Assembly: GCA_004431415.1 (NCBI GenBank)
Contig: QPMI01000017.1
Coordinates: 558,001-622,000 of the forward strand
From: Cyanophora paradoxa CCMP329
Taxonomy: Eukaryota; Plantae; Glaucophyta
DNA: 64,000 bases
Direction: 5' to 3'
Shown one piece after another: positions 12,990 to 23,669 of this stretch; the stretch's first letter is position 1; the number at the start of each line of letters is the position of its first letter. The notes beneath the pieces are model-generated. The model was given only the letters and a program-made list of their open reading frames with translations, had not been told where the DNA came from and searched no databases. A program made the translations under genes and the position numbers.

Positions 12990-14870
12990 GAGCTTGAGGA
13001 GCCGGAGGGGGAGGAGTCGGCGGAGGCGGCGGGGAGCGCCCGCACGAGCTTCTGGCTCTGCAGCTCGTACACCTTCACCGACCTGCCCCCCGCTCAGCTC
13101 GAGAGACGAAGGCCGCGGCCGTGGCCGGAGGGGCGGGGGCGGGGGCACCGGTCGCGGCCGGATGCGATGAGGACCTTGGTCTTCTCCTTGTCCGACGCCG
13201 CCGCGTGGAAGTCCAGCGCCCTCACCTGAGAAAGAAGAAGCGATCAGATCTGATCTGAGGAAGGAAATGGGGAGGCGTTGAAGAGCGCGCGCCTCGGCGC
13301 CCTCGGTGAAGGTGCCCTTGCAGGTGCCCAGCTGGAGGTCCCAGTGCCGCACGCTCCGGTCCGCCCCCGCCGAGAGGCACGCCGCCCCGCGGCCCTCGGC
13401 GGGGCTCACCACCACCCGCGTCACAGCCGCCGTGTGCCCCTCCAGGACCTTGACGCAGGCCCACGCCGGGTGCGCCTTGCCGCTCCAGACCGCCAGCGTC
13501 TTGTCCGCGGCGGCGGTCACGAGCGTCCGCTCGGAGCGGTGCGCCGCGATCGCCGAGATGTCCCCCGCGTGCTTCGTCTCCACGATCTGAGCCGATCTGA
13601 GCGAGAGACGTGAAAATCAGATCAGATCTGATCTGACCTTGGCGGTGGCGCCGGCGGGGAGGTCGAGGAAGCGGAGGGAGCGGCCGTCGGCGTCGCAGAC
13701 GGCGCAGGTCGCCCCCGCCACGAAGCGCGCGGCCGCCACCCCGCGCGCCCCCTGCGCCTTCTCGTGCGCCCGCACGTCGAAGAGCTGCCGCCGCGAGCGC
13801 CTCGGCGCGAGGAGGAGGTGGGGGGAGAGCGGGGGGCCGGCGCGCCTTCGTCTTGCGGACTAGGTCCCAGGCCTCCACCTGCCCGCTCGCCAGCGCGACG
13901 AGGAGCCTGCACGGCGGTCACCGCCGGGCCGGAACAGGAGGGGGGAGGGAGCGAGGCAGGGGCACGCGCGTGGCGTCGGAGGGGTGCAGGTCGACGCATG
14001 TGACGCGGGAGGAGGAGGGGAGGACGAGGCGGTGCTCCTCGGAGGGGGCGGGGCCCGCGGCGGCGTCCAGGGGTACGGCGAGGGGCACGGGGGCGGGGGG
14101 CGGGCGGCCGGCCGGCGGGCGCTGCGAGGGGGAGGCGGAGGGCGTGGCGGCGGCGGGGGTCGGGGCGGAGGAGTGGGGGCGGGAGGGGGTACCGGGGGCG
14201 GGCTTGGAGGGGGAGGGGTGCGGGGGCCGCTCGGGGGACTGCTGGGGCCGGAAGGAGGTGACGGGGGCGGAGGGGAGGGTCGGGGAGCCAGGGCGGGCCC
14301 GCTGGAAGGAGAGGGCGAGGCGAATCTCCCCGCGGGGCTTCCCCGCGTGCGAGTAGAGCGCGTACCACCGGTCGCTCGCCTCCCCCGTGTTCACGCACGC
14401 CTCCAGCGACGGCGCGCACTTCCCTGCCGGCGGCGCGCGCGTGCCCCGGTTCGGGGGGTACGGGTGCGAGAAACGAGGGGGGGGGGTACCGAGGAAGTCG
14501 TCGCGGAGCAGGTCCTTGTCCCAGACCTCGACGATGAAGGTCGTGAGGTCCATCCCCTCCTGCACCTCCACCAGCACGACCTCGTCGAACACCGGGTCTG
14601 CGGCGCGAAGCTCGCGCGCTGCCGGCGGCGCGTAGGAGCGGCGGCCGCGCTCGTCCGCGCACCGCATCCAGCGCGCTTCCGCGCTGCGCTCTTATACTTG
14701 ACCGGACCTGCCCGCGCCCTCTGAGCCGGCGCGGGTGCTCACCATCTCAGCTCGAGTGCTCACCAATCTGCAGCTTGACATACGGGTCTGTAGGGCGGAC
14801 AAGAGCGTTAGCCCGCGCCGCCTAGCTAACGCGCAACCGCGGCAAGGCCGGCGCACCAATCTTGCCTGCG
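10963..14870 (-). CDS. C2 domain - Pro-rich linker - beta'-COP-like WD40 propeller - CbbX/CfxQ/SpoVK-type AAA+ ATPase fusion (first exon not located)
   Basis: C2: DPYVKLQIG, DPVFDE, VEVWDKDLLRDDFLG. WD40: RVTCVDLHP, CVKVLEGHT, SHPSLPLVLAGCGDGSLRLF, NFGLGAVTCLAA. AAA: VVGLPALK, HMLFIGNPGTGKT, NLVGQYIGQT, FVDEAYRL, DYGKKA, IFAGY, RRIGLRFHFADYS. Stop at 10963. Confidence 0.82.
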
Positions 14871-16460
14871 TGCGAGGACCGTCAGGTCAATCCCCGTGGC
14901 GCGGCCGCCCGGGGCTGGGGGCCCGCGGGGGACGCCGCGGCCGCTGCGGAGGCCGGGGGCGGAGACTGCGGGGCGGGGAGGCGAGCGGGCGGGGAGGGAC
15001 GCTCAGCCGCCATGGCCTCCGGCACGCGCATCGCGGGGCTGCGCGCGGGGCTGCGAGGCGGCTGGGGGCTCGGAGGAGCCCCGAGGCCGGGACCGCGGCT
15101 GGCGCCGAGGGCCCCGCGCGCTGCCCGCGCGGGCGTTGCGACCGCATTTACGGTCGCTGACGGCCCGTTGGAGCCGAGTCCACGCTGCTGGGCCTGGCGC
15201 CGGCCGCCCTGGTCGATGAGCGAGCCATCCGCGAGGACCGGATTGCTGCCCTGAGCAGCGAGGCCGGCGATTTTGGAACGGGTGTTGTGAGACATGCTAC
15301 GAGATGCCGAAAAGCTGTGCTGAAGGCGAGAAAACAACCGCACGCCGACCGAGCGTCGCGCGTCGGGCCGGGCGGGTACACGAATGACTGTCTAGTTTGC
15401 ACCACGGGATTAACCTAAGAGAACTACACTTCTCTACCCAGGGGGCTTGAGTCAGAGCGCGAGAGGAGGCTATATCAGCGCTGACGCGCGCTAGCGAGCG
15501 CACCGAACAGGTCGCTGTCAGGCAGATGCCTCGCTTCCACCAGATGGATGCTGAGGCGACCCACTGGCATCCTGCACAGTAGCTACGCCTCCCCGCACGC
15601 TTGCTGCAGTACAAGCGGACTTCGCTCGGTCCGAATTGCCAGTTGCGGTCGCACACGAAGCGCGATTCACCTGTACCCGGTTGCTGACCGACTGCCCTGT
15701 ACCCAATTGCTTCCTTCCTTCAGCGAACACGCAGCTTTGCCGCAGCGCTTGAGGAAGTTGAGTCTGCTTCCTTTGCGCAGCTGCACTGCTGCTGCAGGAA
15801 TTCCACTGAAGCCTTCTCCGCGCATACGCAGACCATGCAAAACGTCGGTACCGGGACCAGGGTCTTTGTACCTGCTTACGTTCATGAGTGTACCCCCCGT
15901 CGGCCAACAAAACCAGCTCCAAGCAGCGTCCATCCGCCAGCCGCTGCAATGGAATCGAGCGATCTAGAGCTGGCGCTGCTGCCTGCCGCTGGTCGGACAA
16001 CGCTAGCCTTGACACGTGCCCTGAGACCCGGCCACGCCGAGCGCAGCCCACGCGTATGGTGGCTCGCGTCGGACGGCGTACGCAGGCTCGCATACGTACC
16101 AGTAGTCAGAGCCTCGCAGCAGCCCGTGGTCGAACGGAGTAGCCTCGTGATCGGCTGCGAGCTTGCGTCCTTAAGCTTACAGCCCGAAGCTCAAGCTGCC
16201 GTATACGTAGTACGCGCGCGCGTTATCCGGGGACGTGTGCACAGTCGAGCTTGAGCTTGCCGCAGCTGCAATTGCAAGCGCGTCATTCGGCGTATCGCGC
16301 GAGAATTGTTTGTCCTGCAGCTGCGATGTTCCCGCGGCCGCAATTCGGGTAAGCGGCTAGCTCGGAAGCGCTAGCCCAAGCGACCTTCTAGCGAGCCTCG
16401 GCCCGAGCCCGGCCGCTAGCTGGTGCGCTCCTCCGGCCCGCAGCAGTACAGGCCGTGATC

Positions 16461-19400
16461 ATGGACAGCGCCGGCCATGGCCAGCCGCTGCCGGCCCCAG
16501 CCGCAGAGCTGGATGGGCAGCTGGGAGGAGTCTGGAGCCGTCAGTTGCGCATGCAGCAGGAGGCTGGAGTCGTGGCCGTGCGTGGCGCTGGGGCGCAGGC
16601 GCCAGAGCTCGGCCCGGGATCCGGATACGCCTGGGGCGGGAGCGTCTGGTCCGAAGGGCCCCACTCCCGCTCCTCCTCCGTGGCCCGCGTCTACCCGGAC
16701 GATCCGCTCTCGAGCGCCGGGCCGGCCTCGCCGGCGTCGGGGCCCTGGCCGGCCGGCGCCCTCTCCGGCCGGGGCCGGGGCCCGGGGCGGGGGCGGCCGC
16801 CCTTCTGGGCCCAGCTGCGCTTCCGGGACGCGGGGGAGGAGGACCTCTTCCTCGCCGCGTACTCGGCCGACGGGCGCCCGCGCTTCCGCATCGCTATGCT
16901 CCTCTCCACGCTGGCGGCCGCCGTCTGGGCGGCCTCCAGCCCGGACGGCACGAACCTCGCCCTCCGCCTCGCCCAGCTCGCCGTCGTCGCCGGCTTCTTC
17001 GCCTCGACCTACGCCCCCGCCGTCCGCCGCCTCCCGCCCCGCCCCTACTACGCCTACCTCCTCGCCGTGCGTCCTGGCCTCCTCCTCCTCGCTCTCAGCG
17101 CGGCCGCTGAAGCCCGCGCCGGCCGCGCCGCGACCGCAGTGCGTGGCCGCAAACATGTCCTTCCTCTGCGCGCGGCGCGCCGCCGCAACGGAGTCCGAGC
17201 TCTACTGTGCGCCCGCCTTCGAATCCGCCCCATCCCGCCGGGCCGGCCCGCCCCCTGACCGACGCGCGCAGACGACTTCCAGATCGCGTACATTCAGATG
17301 GGGGCCCTGCTCTACCTCCACATCCCCACCCGCTTCGCGGCCCCGATCCTCCCCCTCCTCCTCGCCGCCGCCGCCGCCGCCGACTTCGGGCACGCCCTCC
17401 GCTCGGGCCGGCGGGCGGAGTTCGTCGCCGCCGCCGCGCTGCAGAGCTTCAACGCCGTCCTCGGCCTTCTCATCCTCGCCGCCGGCGCCTGGTACGAGCT
17501 GGACGTCCGCCGCCGCTTCCTCCTCACGCGCGCGGCGGAGCGGGACCGGGGCGGGGCCGTCGAGCGGCAGCGGCGCTCGCGGGCGCTGCTGGAGAGCCTG
17601 CTGCCGGGCCCCGTCATCGCGGCGGTGGAAGGGGAGGACTGGGCCCGCATCAACCGCCTCCACGAGGACGCAGCCGTCCTCTTCGTCTCCGCCGAGGCCC
17701 CGGCCCCGGCGGGGGGGGCGGAGGCGGAGGCGGGGCCCCGGGGGGCGCTGGAGGCGGCGCGGCGGCTGATGGCGGCGCTGGAGGGCGTGGCGGAGGCGCG
17801 CGGCGTGCTCAAGATCAAGTCCGTCGGCCTCACGTTCATGGCTGTCGTCGGCGTCGGCTTCGACGAGGCGGAGCCCGAGCCGGAGGCCGAGGCGGGGGCG
17901 GGGGCGGGGCGCGGGCGGCCGGCGCCAACGCGGCGGCGGCCGCCGGCTTCGCGCTGGAGGCGCTCGAGGCGGCCCGCGCGGAGGGATTCCCGCCCGCGCC
18001 GGCCTCTTCTCGTGCGCGCCCGCGCGCCTCGCCCCTCGCCCGCCTCTGCTTGACCCGCCGCCGCAGGGGCGCGCTGGTGTCGGGCGTCATCGGCTGCCGC
18101 CTCGCCTTCGACGTCTTCGGCGACGCCTGCAACCTCGCCCAGCGGTGCCGCCCCCGCCAACCCCATCCAACCACACGGCAGACAGCGCCCTAGGCCTGAT
18201 GCAGGGCGGGGCGGGGGCAGGATGTGCGCGCACGGGGAGGCGGGGCGCGTGCACCTGCCGGCCTCGGCGCGCGACGCCATCCTCGCCGCCGGCGCCGGCG
18301 CCGGCCTCGCCTTCTCCGAGCCCTCCGTCACGCCGCTCAAGGGCCGCGGGCCCTGGCTCACCTGCTTCGTCTCCCGCGCTGGCGCCGCGGCGCCCGAAGA
18401 CCTCGGAGGGCCGCCGGGGCGGCCGCCGCGCGGCCCGTGCGGATCGCCATCCCCTGGACGCGTCGGCGTCGGCGGAGGACGAGGGGGCCCGCACGGCGCG
18501 CACGCCGCGAACGCCGCGCACGGCGCGGGCGAGCGTCAGCGTGAGCGTGAGCGGGCGGAGCCGGGCGCCGAGCGCGGCGTACCTCCCGAGCACGGCCCTC
18601 ATCTCCCGCATCTCCGCCGGCTACTCGCAGCGCCGCATGAGCGCCCTCTCGATCGCCTTCCGCCACGAGGACGAGGCGGCGGCCGCGGAGGAGGAGGAGG
18701 AGGAGGAGGAAGACGGGGTGCTGGATCCCGAGGCGGCGGCCGAGGCGGGGGCCGGCGGCGCGCCGGCGCCCCTGCAGCTGCCGCGCCGCTCGCGGCAGTA
18801 CTCCTTCTCCGCCCGCCGGCGCTCCGCCTGGGGCTCCCTCCGCGTCGCCCCCTACCCCCCCGGCGAAGGGGCGGCCTTCGAATTCGCCGGCCTCTCAGCG
18901 ATCGCCATGGAGCAGCTGCGGGCCGCCGCCGGGCGAGGGTCGGAGGAGGAGGCGGCGGTGGAGGAGCGGCGCAGCGCCAGCCGCTGCTCGGCGGCCCGCG
19001 TCATGCGGGCCGCCCGGCGCCTCTCCCTGGGGCGGCCCGCCCTCGAGGGCCCGGGCTCCGCCCGCCCTCCGCCGCTCTTTTAAAGCGGCCCCGAGGACGA
19101 GGGGAAGCCCGAGGCGCCTGCGCTCCGCCTCGAGGCGCCGCCCGCGGCCGCAACGAAACCGATCCCCCCCCGCCGCCGCCGCCGCTGCCGGCGCGCGGGC
19201 TGCGGGGCCTGCGGCTGCGGCTGCGGCTCGCCTTTGCCGACGCGAGGGCGGAGGGGCGGTTCTGGCGGGCGGCGCGGCGGGCGAACCGGGCCCCCCTGCG
19301 CGCCCTCCTCGCCGCCCTCGTCCTCCACTTCGCCCTCCTCCCCGTGCGCCCCGCGCCGCTCGTCTTGACCTGGATCTAGGCCTGGGCCTGACGCGCCCGC

Positions 19401-21044
19401 CCGCCTTTGCCCGCCCGCCGGCGCAGCTGCTGGGGTACGTGGCGAACGACTTCGGGGAGGCCTCGAGCTCGCGCCTCCCGCTCCGCTACGGCCTCCGCGG
19501 CGCCCTCCTCCTCCTCGCCCTTGCGCCCCTCGCCCTCGCCCGGGGGCCCCTCCTCGAGGGCCCCCGCGCCGCCCTCCTGCTGCACCTCCTCTGCGGGGCG
19601 GCCTGCCTGCCCCCCGCCGCCTCCTTCGCCTCCCTGCAGGGCGGCCTCTCCCTCGCCGCCGCCTCCGTGCGCCCCCTCCCTCCTTGTTCACAGGGGTACG
19701 TCGTCTGACCGGGCGCCCCGCGCGCAGCTGACGGACGCCGACGCCTGCTTCGCGGCCATCTTCGCGTGCGCCCTCGGGGGTCTACCCCTCCACCACAAGC
19801 TCCCCTGGGCCCTCCTCCTCGTCGCCGCCGCCGCCGTCCCCGCCCCCGCCGCCCCCTCCTTCGACCGCGCGGTTCGCCCCTTGATTCGATCAAGCTTAAT
19901 CCTCGGAGGAAGGGCTTGAACTGAGCCGACGGGTCCGGCACGCGCAGCTGGTGCCGTGCTGGGTCGCCTCGGTCGCCTTCGCGATGCTCGCCGTGGCCTT
20001 CCTGCGGGAGCGCGAGGCCCGCCGGGGCTTCCTCCAGCGCGCCGAGGCCCGCGCCGCCGCCGCCGCCGCCGCCCGCGCCGCCGCCGAGTCCAACGCCCTC
20101 CTCGAGCTCTGCCTCCCCCGCGCCGTCCTCCGCCACCTTCCCGGCCTTGGCCCCGGCCCCGCCGCGGCCGCGGCCGCCGGGACGGTCGACTTCGAGCGCG
20201 TCTGCGTGCTGCAGAGCGACATCGTCGGCTTCTCGGCGCTCGCCTCCCGCACGGACGCCCCGCGCCTCGTCGACGCCCTCAGTGCGCCTTCTGTCCCTTA
20301 CATACAGCGATCCCCGGGGGCCCCGCTGCCAGGCTGACGGCCGGCCCCAGACGCCCTCTTCGCCGCCTGCGACGAGATCGCGGAGCGCTACGGCGTGCAG
20401 ACCCTCCGCACCGTCGGCGGTGCGGCGCCCCTCCGATTCCTCGCAATCGCGGCTCGCTGATCGCGTGCGCAGACGCGTGGGTCGGGGTGGTGGGGCTCGA
20501 GGGGCCCGCGGGGCCCGGCGAGGTGGCGAACCTCCTGCGGGCCGCGCACGAGATGCGCGCCGTGTACGCCCGCACGCGCCTCCTCGCCCGCCGCGCGCGC
20601 CGCCCCGGCCGAGGGCGAGGGCGAGGCCCCCGGCGACGGCGACGCGGGCGCCAGCCACGAGTGGGCCCACGAGACGGTCCGTTACTGACGTTAACGTTTG
20701 CGGCCCGCTCGGCCCCTCACGGCCCCGGCCCGCAGCTGTCGGCGCGGTTCGGCGTTGGGATGGGCCCCGCGGCGGGCGCGGTGGTCGGGGTACGCCAGTG
20801 GACGTGGGAGCTCCTCGGGCCGGCGGTGGCGGAGGCGGCGGAGAGCGAGCGCGCCGCCCCGCCCGACCGCTGCCTCCTCCCCGCCAGCGCCGCCCGCCTC
20901 GTAGCGGCCGCCTTCGACTTCGAGGCGGGGCCCGCCGGCGGCCTCCTCCTCCTCGGGCCCCGCGCCCCCGGCGCCCCCGCCCCGGCCCCCGTCTTGTCGG
21001 CCCCCGCGCTCCTCCAGGCCCTCGACCCGGGCGTCGAGGACTGA
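16461..21044 (+). CDS. Membrane-bound class III nucleotidyl (adenylyl) cyclase with two TM blocks and two cyclase domains, multi-exon
   Basis: Hydrophobic blocks followed by LLESLLP, LKIKSVGLTFMAV, GVIGCRLAFDVFGDACNLAQRM. Second unit: NALLELCLP, VLQSDIVGFS, RTVGDAWVG, RFGVGMGPAAGAVVG. Confidence 0.85.
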
Positions 21045-21386
21045 GAGAAGCCTGAGTACCTTGCACGCATACGCTATAAAGCAGGATCATATTGTCGTAA
21101 CGATTTATTTGTATAGCCGTCTTCTTCTAGATGCTTGGCTCCACTGGGCGGGCGAGCATCTCTTTCACGTCCGACGGTCGATGTTGATGTAGACGTCTTG
21201 CGATCTCGGCCTTCCGATCGTCGCTTGACTTAATACTTAATTTATCGTCGAAGGTACTACGGTATTATGTGAAGGTATTTTGTCGAAGGTAGCGTAGTCA
21301 GATTTTTTTAAGGCGCAGTTTTCAGGTTGTTGGTACATTCAGTTGATTTTCAGCATAACAAGGTAGATACACTAAGGTACTATGAT

Positions 21387-21667
21387 TGTCGCATCCGACA
21401 TTATAGCGGATGCTCATTTATATGTGAGCCGCTAGGGCTCTAGATCACGTCAGCCTTCGAGCTGCTGGACCGACGGCGCCTAGGCTAGTTAGAGCGCCGC
21501 GGTCACTTGTATTCGTGTCGGGGTACGCCGTATCTGGACGGGTACACCCAGTGAGTTGGATCTTAGCGACGACAGCAGCGACACTCGCCATTCCCCGCCC
21601 TGCCGAGCTTGCACTCCGCACGGGCTTCCCGCGCGCACGATTAGACACACTAATCTCGCACGCGACA
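21387..21667 (+). repeat. 5' LTR
   Basis: Appears identical by eye to 26278-26558. Confidence 0.93.
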
Positions 21668-21692
21668 GGCGCCATTCTGCCGGAATCGAACC
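21668..21692 (+). promoter_or_regulatory. Primer-binding site complementary to a tRNA 3' end (tRNA-Sec-like geometry)
   Basis: GGCGCCATTCTGCCGGAATCGAACC; its reverse complement GGTTCGATT-CCGG-CAGAATGGC-G-CC(A) reads as T-loop, 13 helix nucleotides, G discriminator, CCA. Confidence 0.75.
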
Positions 21693-22142
21693 TTCAAGGG
21701 TCGCTGGACTTCCAGGCTCTGCCCGCGCCGCGCGCCTCGCCGCGCCGCCCCGCATAAGCTTAGAGAGATCTGGGACGAGCTTTCCGGGCGACCGCCACTT
21801 GTGGCGTGCTACGCTGCACACTTCGGCCGCGTCGCCTCTGGGCGGGCTGATTGTGCTTCGGAAGTGACTCTAGTGTCCCTCGCGGGCTTCGGTGCATCCC
21901 CAGACCGAAGCGCACGCACGAGCTCTCGCGAGAGTCTCAATCATTGTCTGTGTCCTTCGCCGGTTGCACGCTTCGCGTCGCAAACTGTGCCCCGGAGTCT
22001 GCCAGCGGCAGTTCTCTGAGTGTCCCTGAGTCGGTTCTCGCACGCCACGAGAAGACCGTGTCCCGGATCTGCAGTGCGCTGCAGATCAAATCTTGCGCCC
22101 TGGCATTCTGTTCTCGTGGCTATACGCTGCAAAGAGAGCAAT

Positions 22143-23669
22143 ATGTCGAACACTTCTGAACTGATCAGTTCTGAAGTCCGTAGCCGGCTGTCTGCCCTCG
22201 CGCACATCGAGCCCGCCCAGGGCTATGCTGCTGTGCATGTGCAGCAACTCGCTGCTGGCTCCGCTGCGGCGGATGATGATCCCGTGCGGATCGCATTCCT
22301 GCCTGCAAATCCGCGCCTCGCCGATGGCGACCGGTTCCGGAAGGACGTGCGGAACTTCCAGTCGTCCCTGCCGACGAAGTACTTGTTTGGCCCGGATTCT
22401 GCCGGTAGCCAGGAGTACTCAAAGTCAGAGGCGCTAGCCGGAGTGATTGTCGGGCGGATCCGCCCCGGACCTCTCCGCGCTGAGATTGAGCGCAAGCGCG
22501 ACCTCTATGAGGCCTCTGTCACTGCCCTCGAGCATGACCGCGCCAGGCTCGCTCGTCTCGAAGCTGTCCCGGCAGACCTGCGGTCCGCCGAGGATGATGC
22601 TGCTATCCTCGCGCTGCAGCAGAGCTGCGTGCGTGATCAGGCCTCAATCGTGGCCGTGCGCGACTCGTACTTGCGTGCCCCCGGGCTGCTTGACACGATC
22701 ACTGCGTGGATTCATGAGACCCGCCCGCACGCGGCCCGCCGGGCTCTCACTGAGCCGTACACGGGCGAGGACCCCCGCTCGTGGCACGACTGGTTCTTGC
22801 CCCTCGTACGGCACACGCTGCCGCCGGGCCAGCAGTTTGCTGTGTACTACGCGGACTGCCTGCGCACCGCGCTCGAGGCCCGCTCGACGAGCGAGGACCC
22901 TGAATATCAAAACCTTGATGTTCGGATGGCCGGGTTTGCCCAGGCGAACGAGCGCACGCTGCGCGAGTTCCTCACGGCGCTGCGGCAGCGCCTCCTCGCC
23001 AATAACGGCGCTGTCTCGCCGCTTGAGCTTGACAATATTTTCGTCGAGCAGTGCAAGCGCCACGGCTGCCGCGTCGTGTTACCGCCTGCGCTGGCAGCTG
23101 CCGATCGCGAGCTGCCTGAGGCAAAACGGACCCGTATCCTGCAGGCACAGTTTGCCGAGGATGAGTCCTTGTCCGCCGGCACCCCTGCCGCTGCACGAGC
23201 CTCGAGCTCCCCTGGCCCTGCTGAGCCTCGGGATGCAAATTCCAGGGCCCAGCCCTCGATTTCTGCACGTGGGTCCTCTTGGGCCGTGCAGTCCCGCTCG
23301 CCTGCCGCTGTTGCGGAGGTGCTGCGGCGCATGTCTGAGCTCGGGTACCCGGAGTACCCCCCCTCAGACTGCTACGGGTGCTCGGATGACCCCAGCGTCC
23401 CCGTTGAGGCGCGACGTCATTGGGCAAATGTGTGCCCCAAGCGCACCCCGTTCGCCCCAGTACGCCCCTGGGTCCGCCGCGGCCAGTACTATCGGCAAAA
23501 GCGATCCCAAGAGGATGCTGCCAACGAGCACGAGTACTGGTCCGACGAGGGAAACCAGGACCCAGACGAAGTCTGCGGTCGCTGCGGCGAGGCAGGGCAC
23601 CACCACAGTGCCTGCCCGACCCCCCACACGGGCTGCTCGCTCGAGCTCTGCGCTTCCCGCGCCCTCTAG
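22143..23669 (+). CDS. Gag-like protein of the LTR element (508 aa, intronless)
   Basis: Single long ORF downstream of the PBS; C-terminal CGRCGEAGHHHSAC (Cx2Cx4Hx4C knuckle) and an expanded CYGC-x12-H-x4-C knuckle. Confidence 0.75.
   Translation: MSNTSELISSEVRSRLSALAHIEPAQGYAAVHVQQLAAGSAAADDDPVRIAFLPANPRLADGDRFRKDVRNFQSSLPTKYLFGPDSAGSQEYSKSEALAGVIVGRIRPGPLRAEIERKRDLYEASVTALEHDRARLARLEAVPADLRSAEDDAAILALQQSCVRDQASIVAVRDSYLRAPGLLDTITAWIHETRPHAARRALTEPYTGEDPRSWHDWFLPLVRHTLPPGQQFAVYYADCLRTALEARSTSEDPEYQNLDVRMAGFAQANERTLREFLTALRQRLLANNGAVSPLELDNIFVEQCKRHGCRVVLPPALAAADRELPEAKRTRILQAQFAEDESLSAGTPAAARASSSPGPAEPRDANSRAQPSISARGSSWAVQSRSPAAVAEVLRRMSELGYPEYPPSDCYGCSDDPSVPVEARRHWANVCPKRTPFAPVRPWVRRGQYYRQKRSQEDAANEHEYWSDEGNQDPDEVCGRCGEAGHHHSACPTPHTGCSLELCASRAL

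Noticed and set aside
15260-16260. Lower-GC intergenic block as a TE remnant
   Set aside because: No termini, TSD or recognisable coding motif found.
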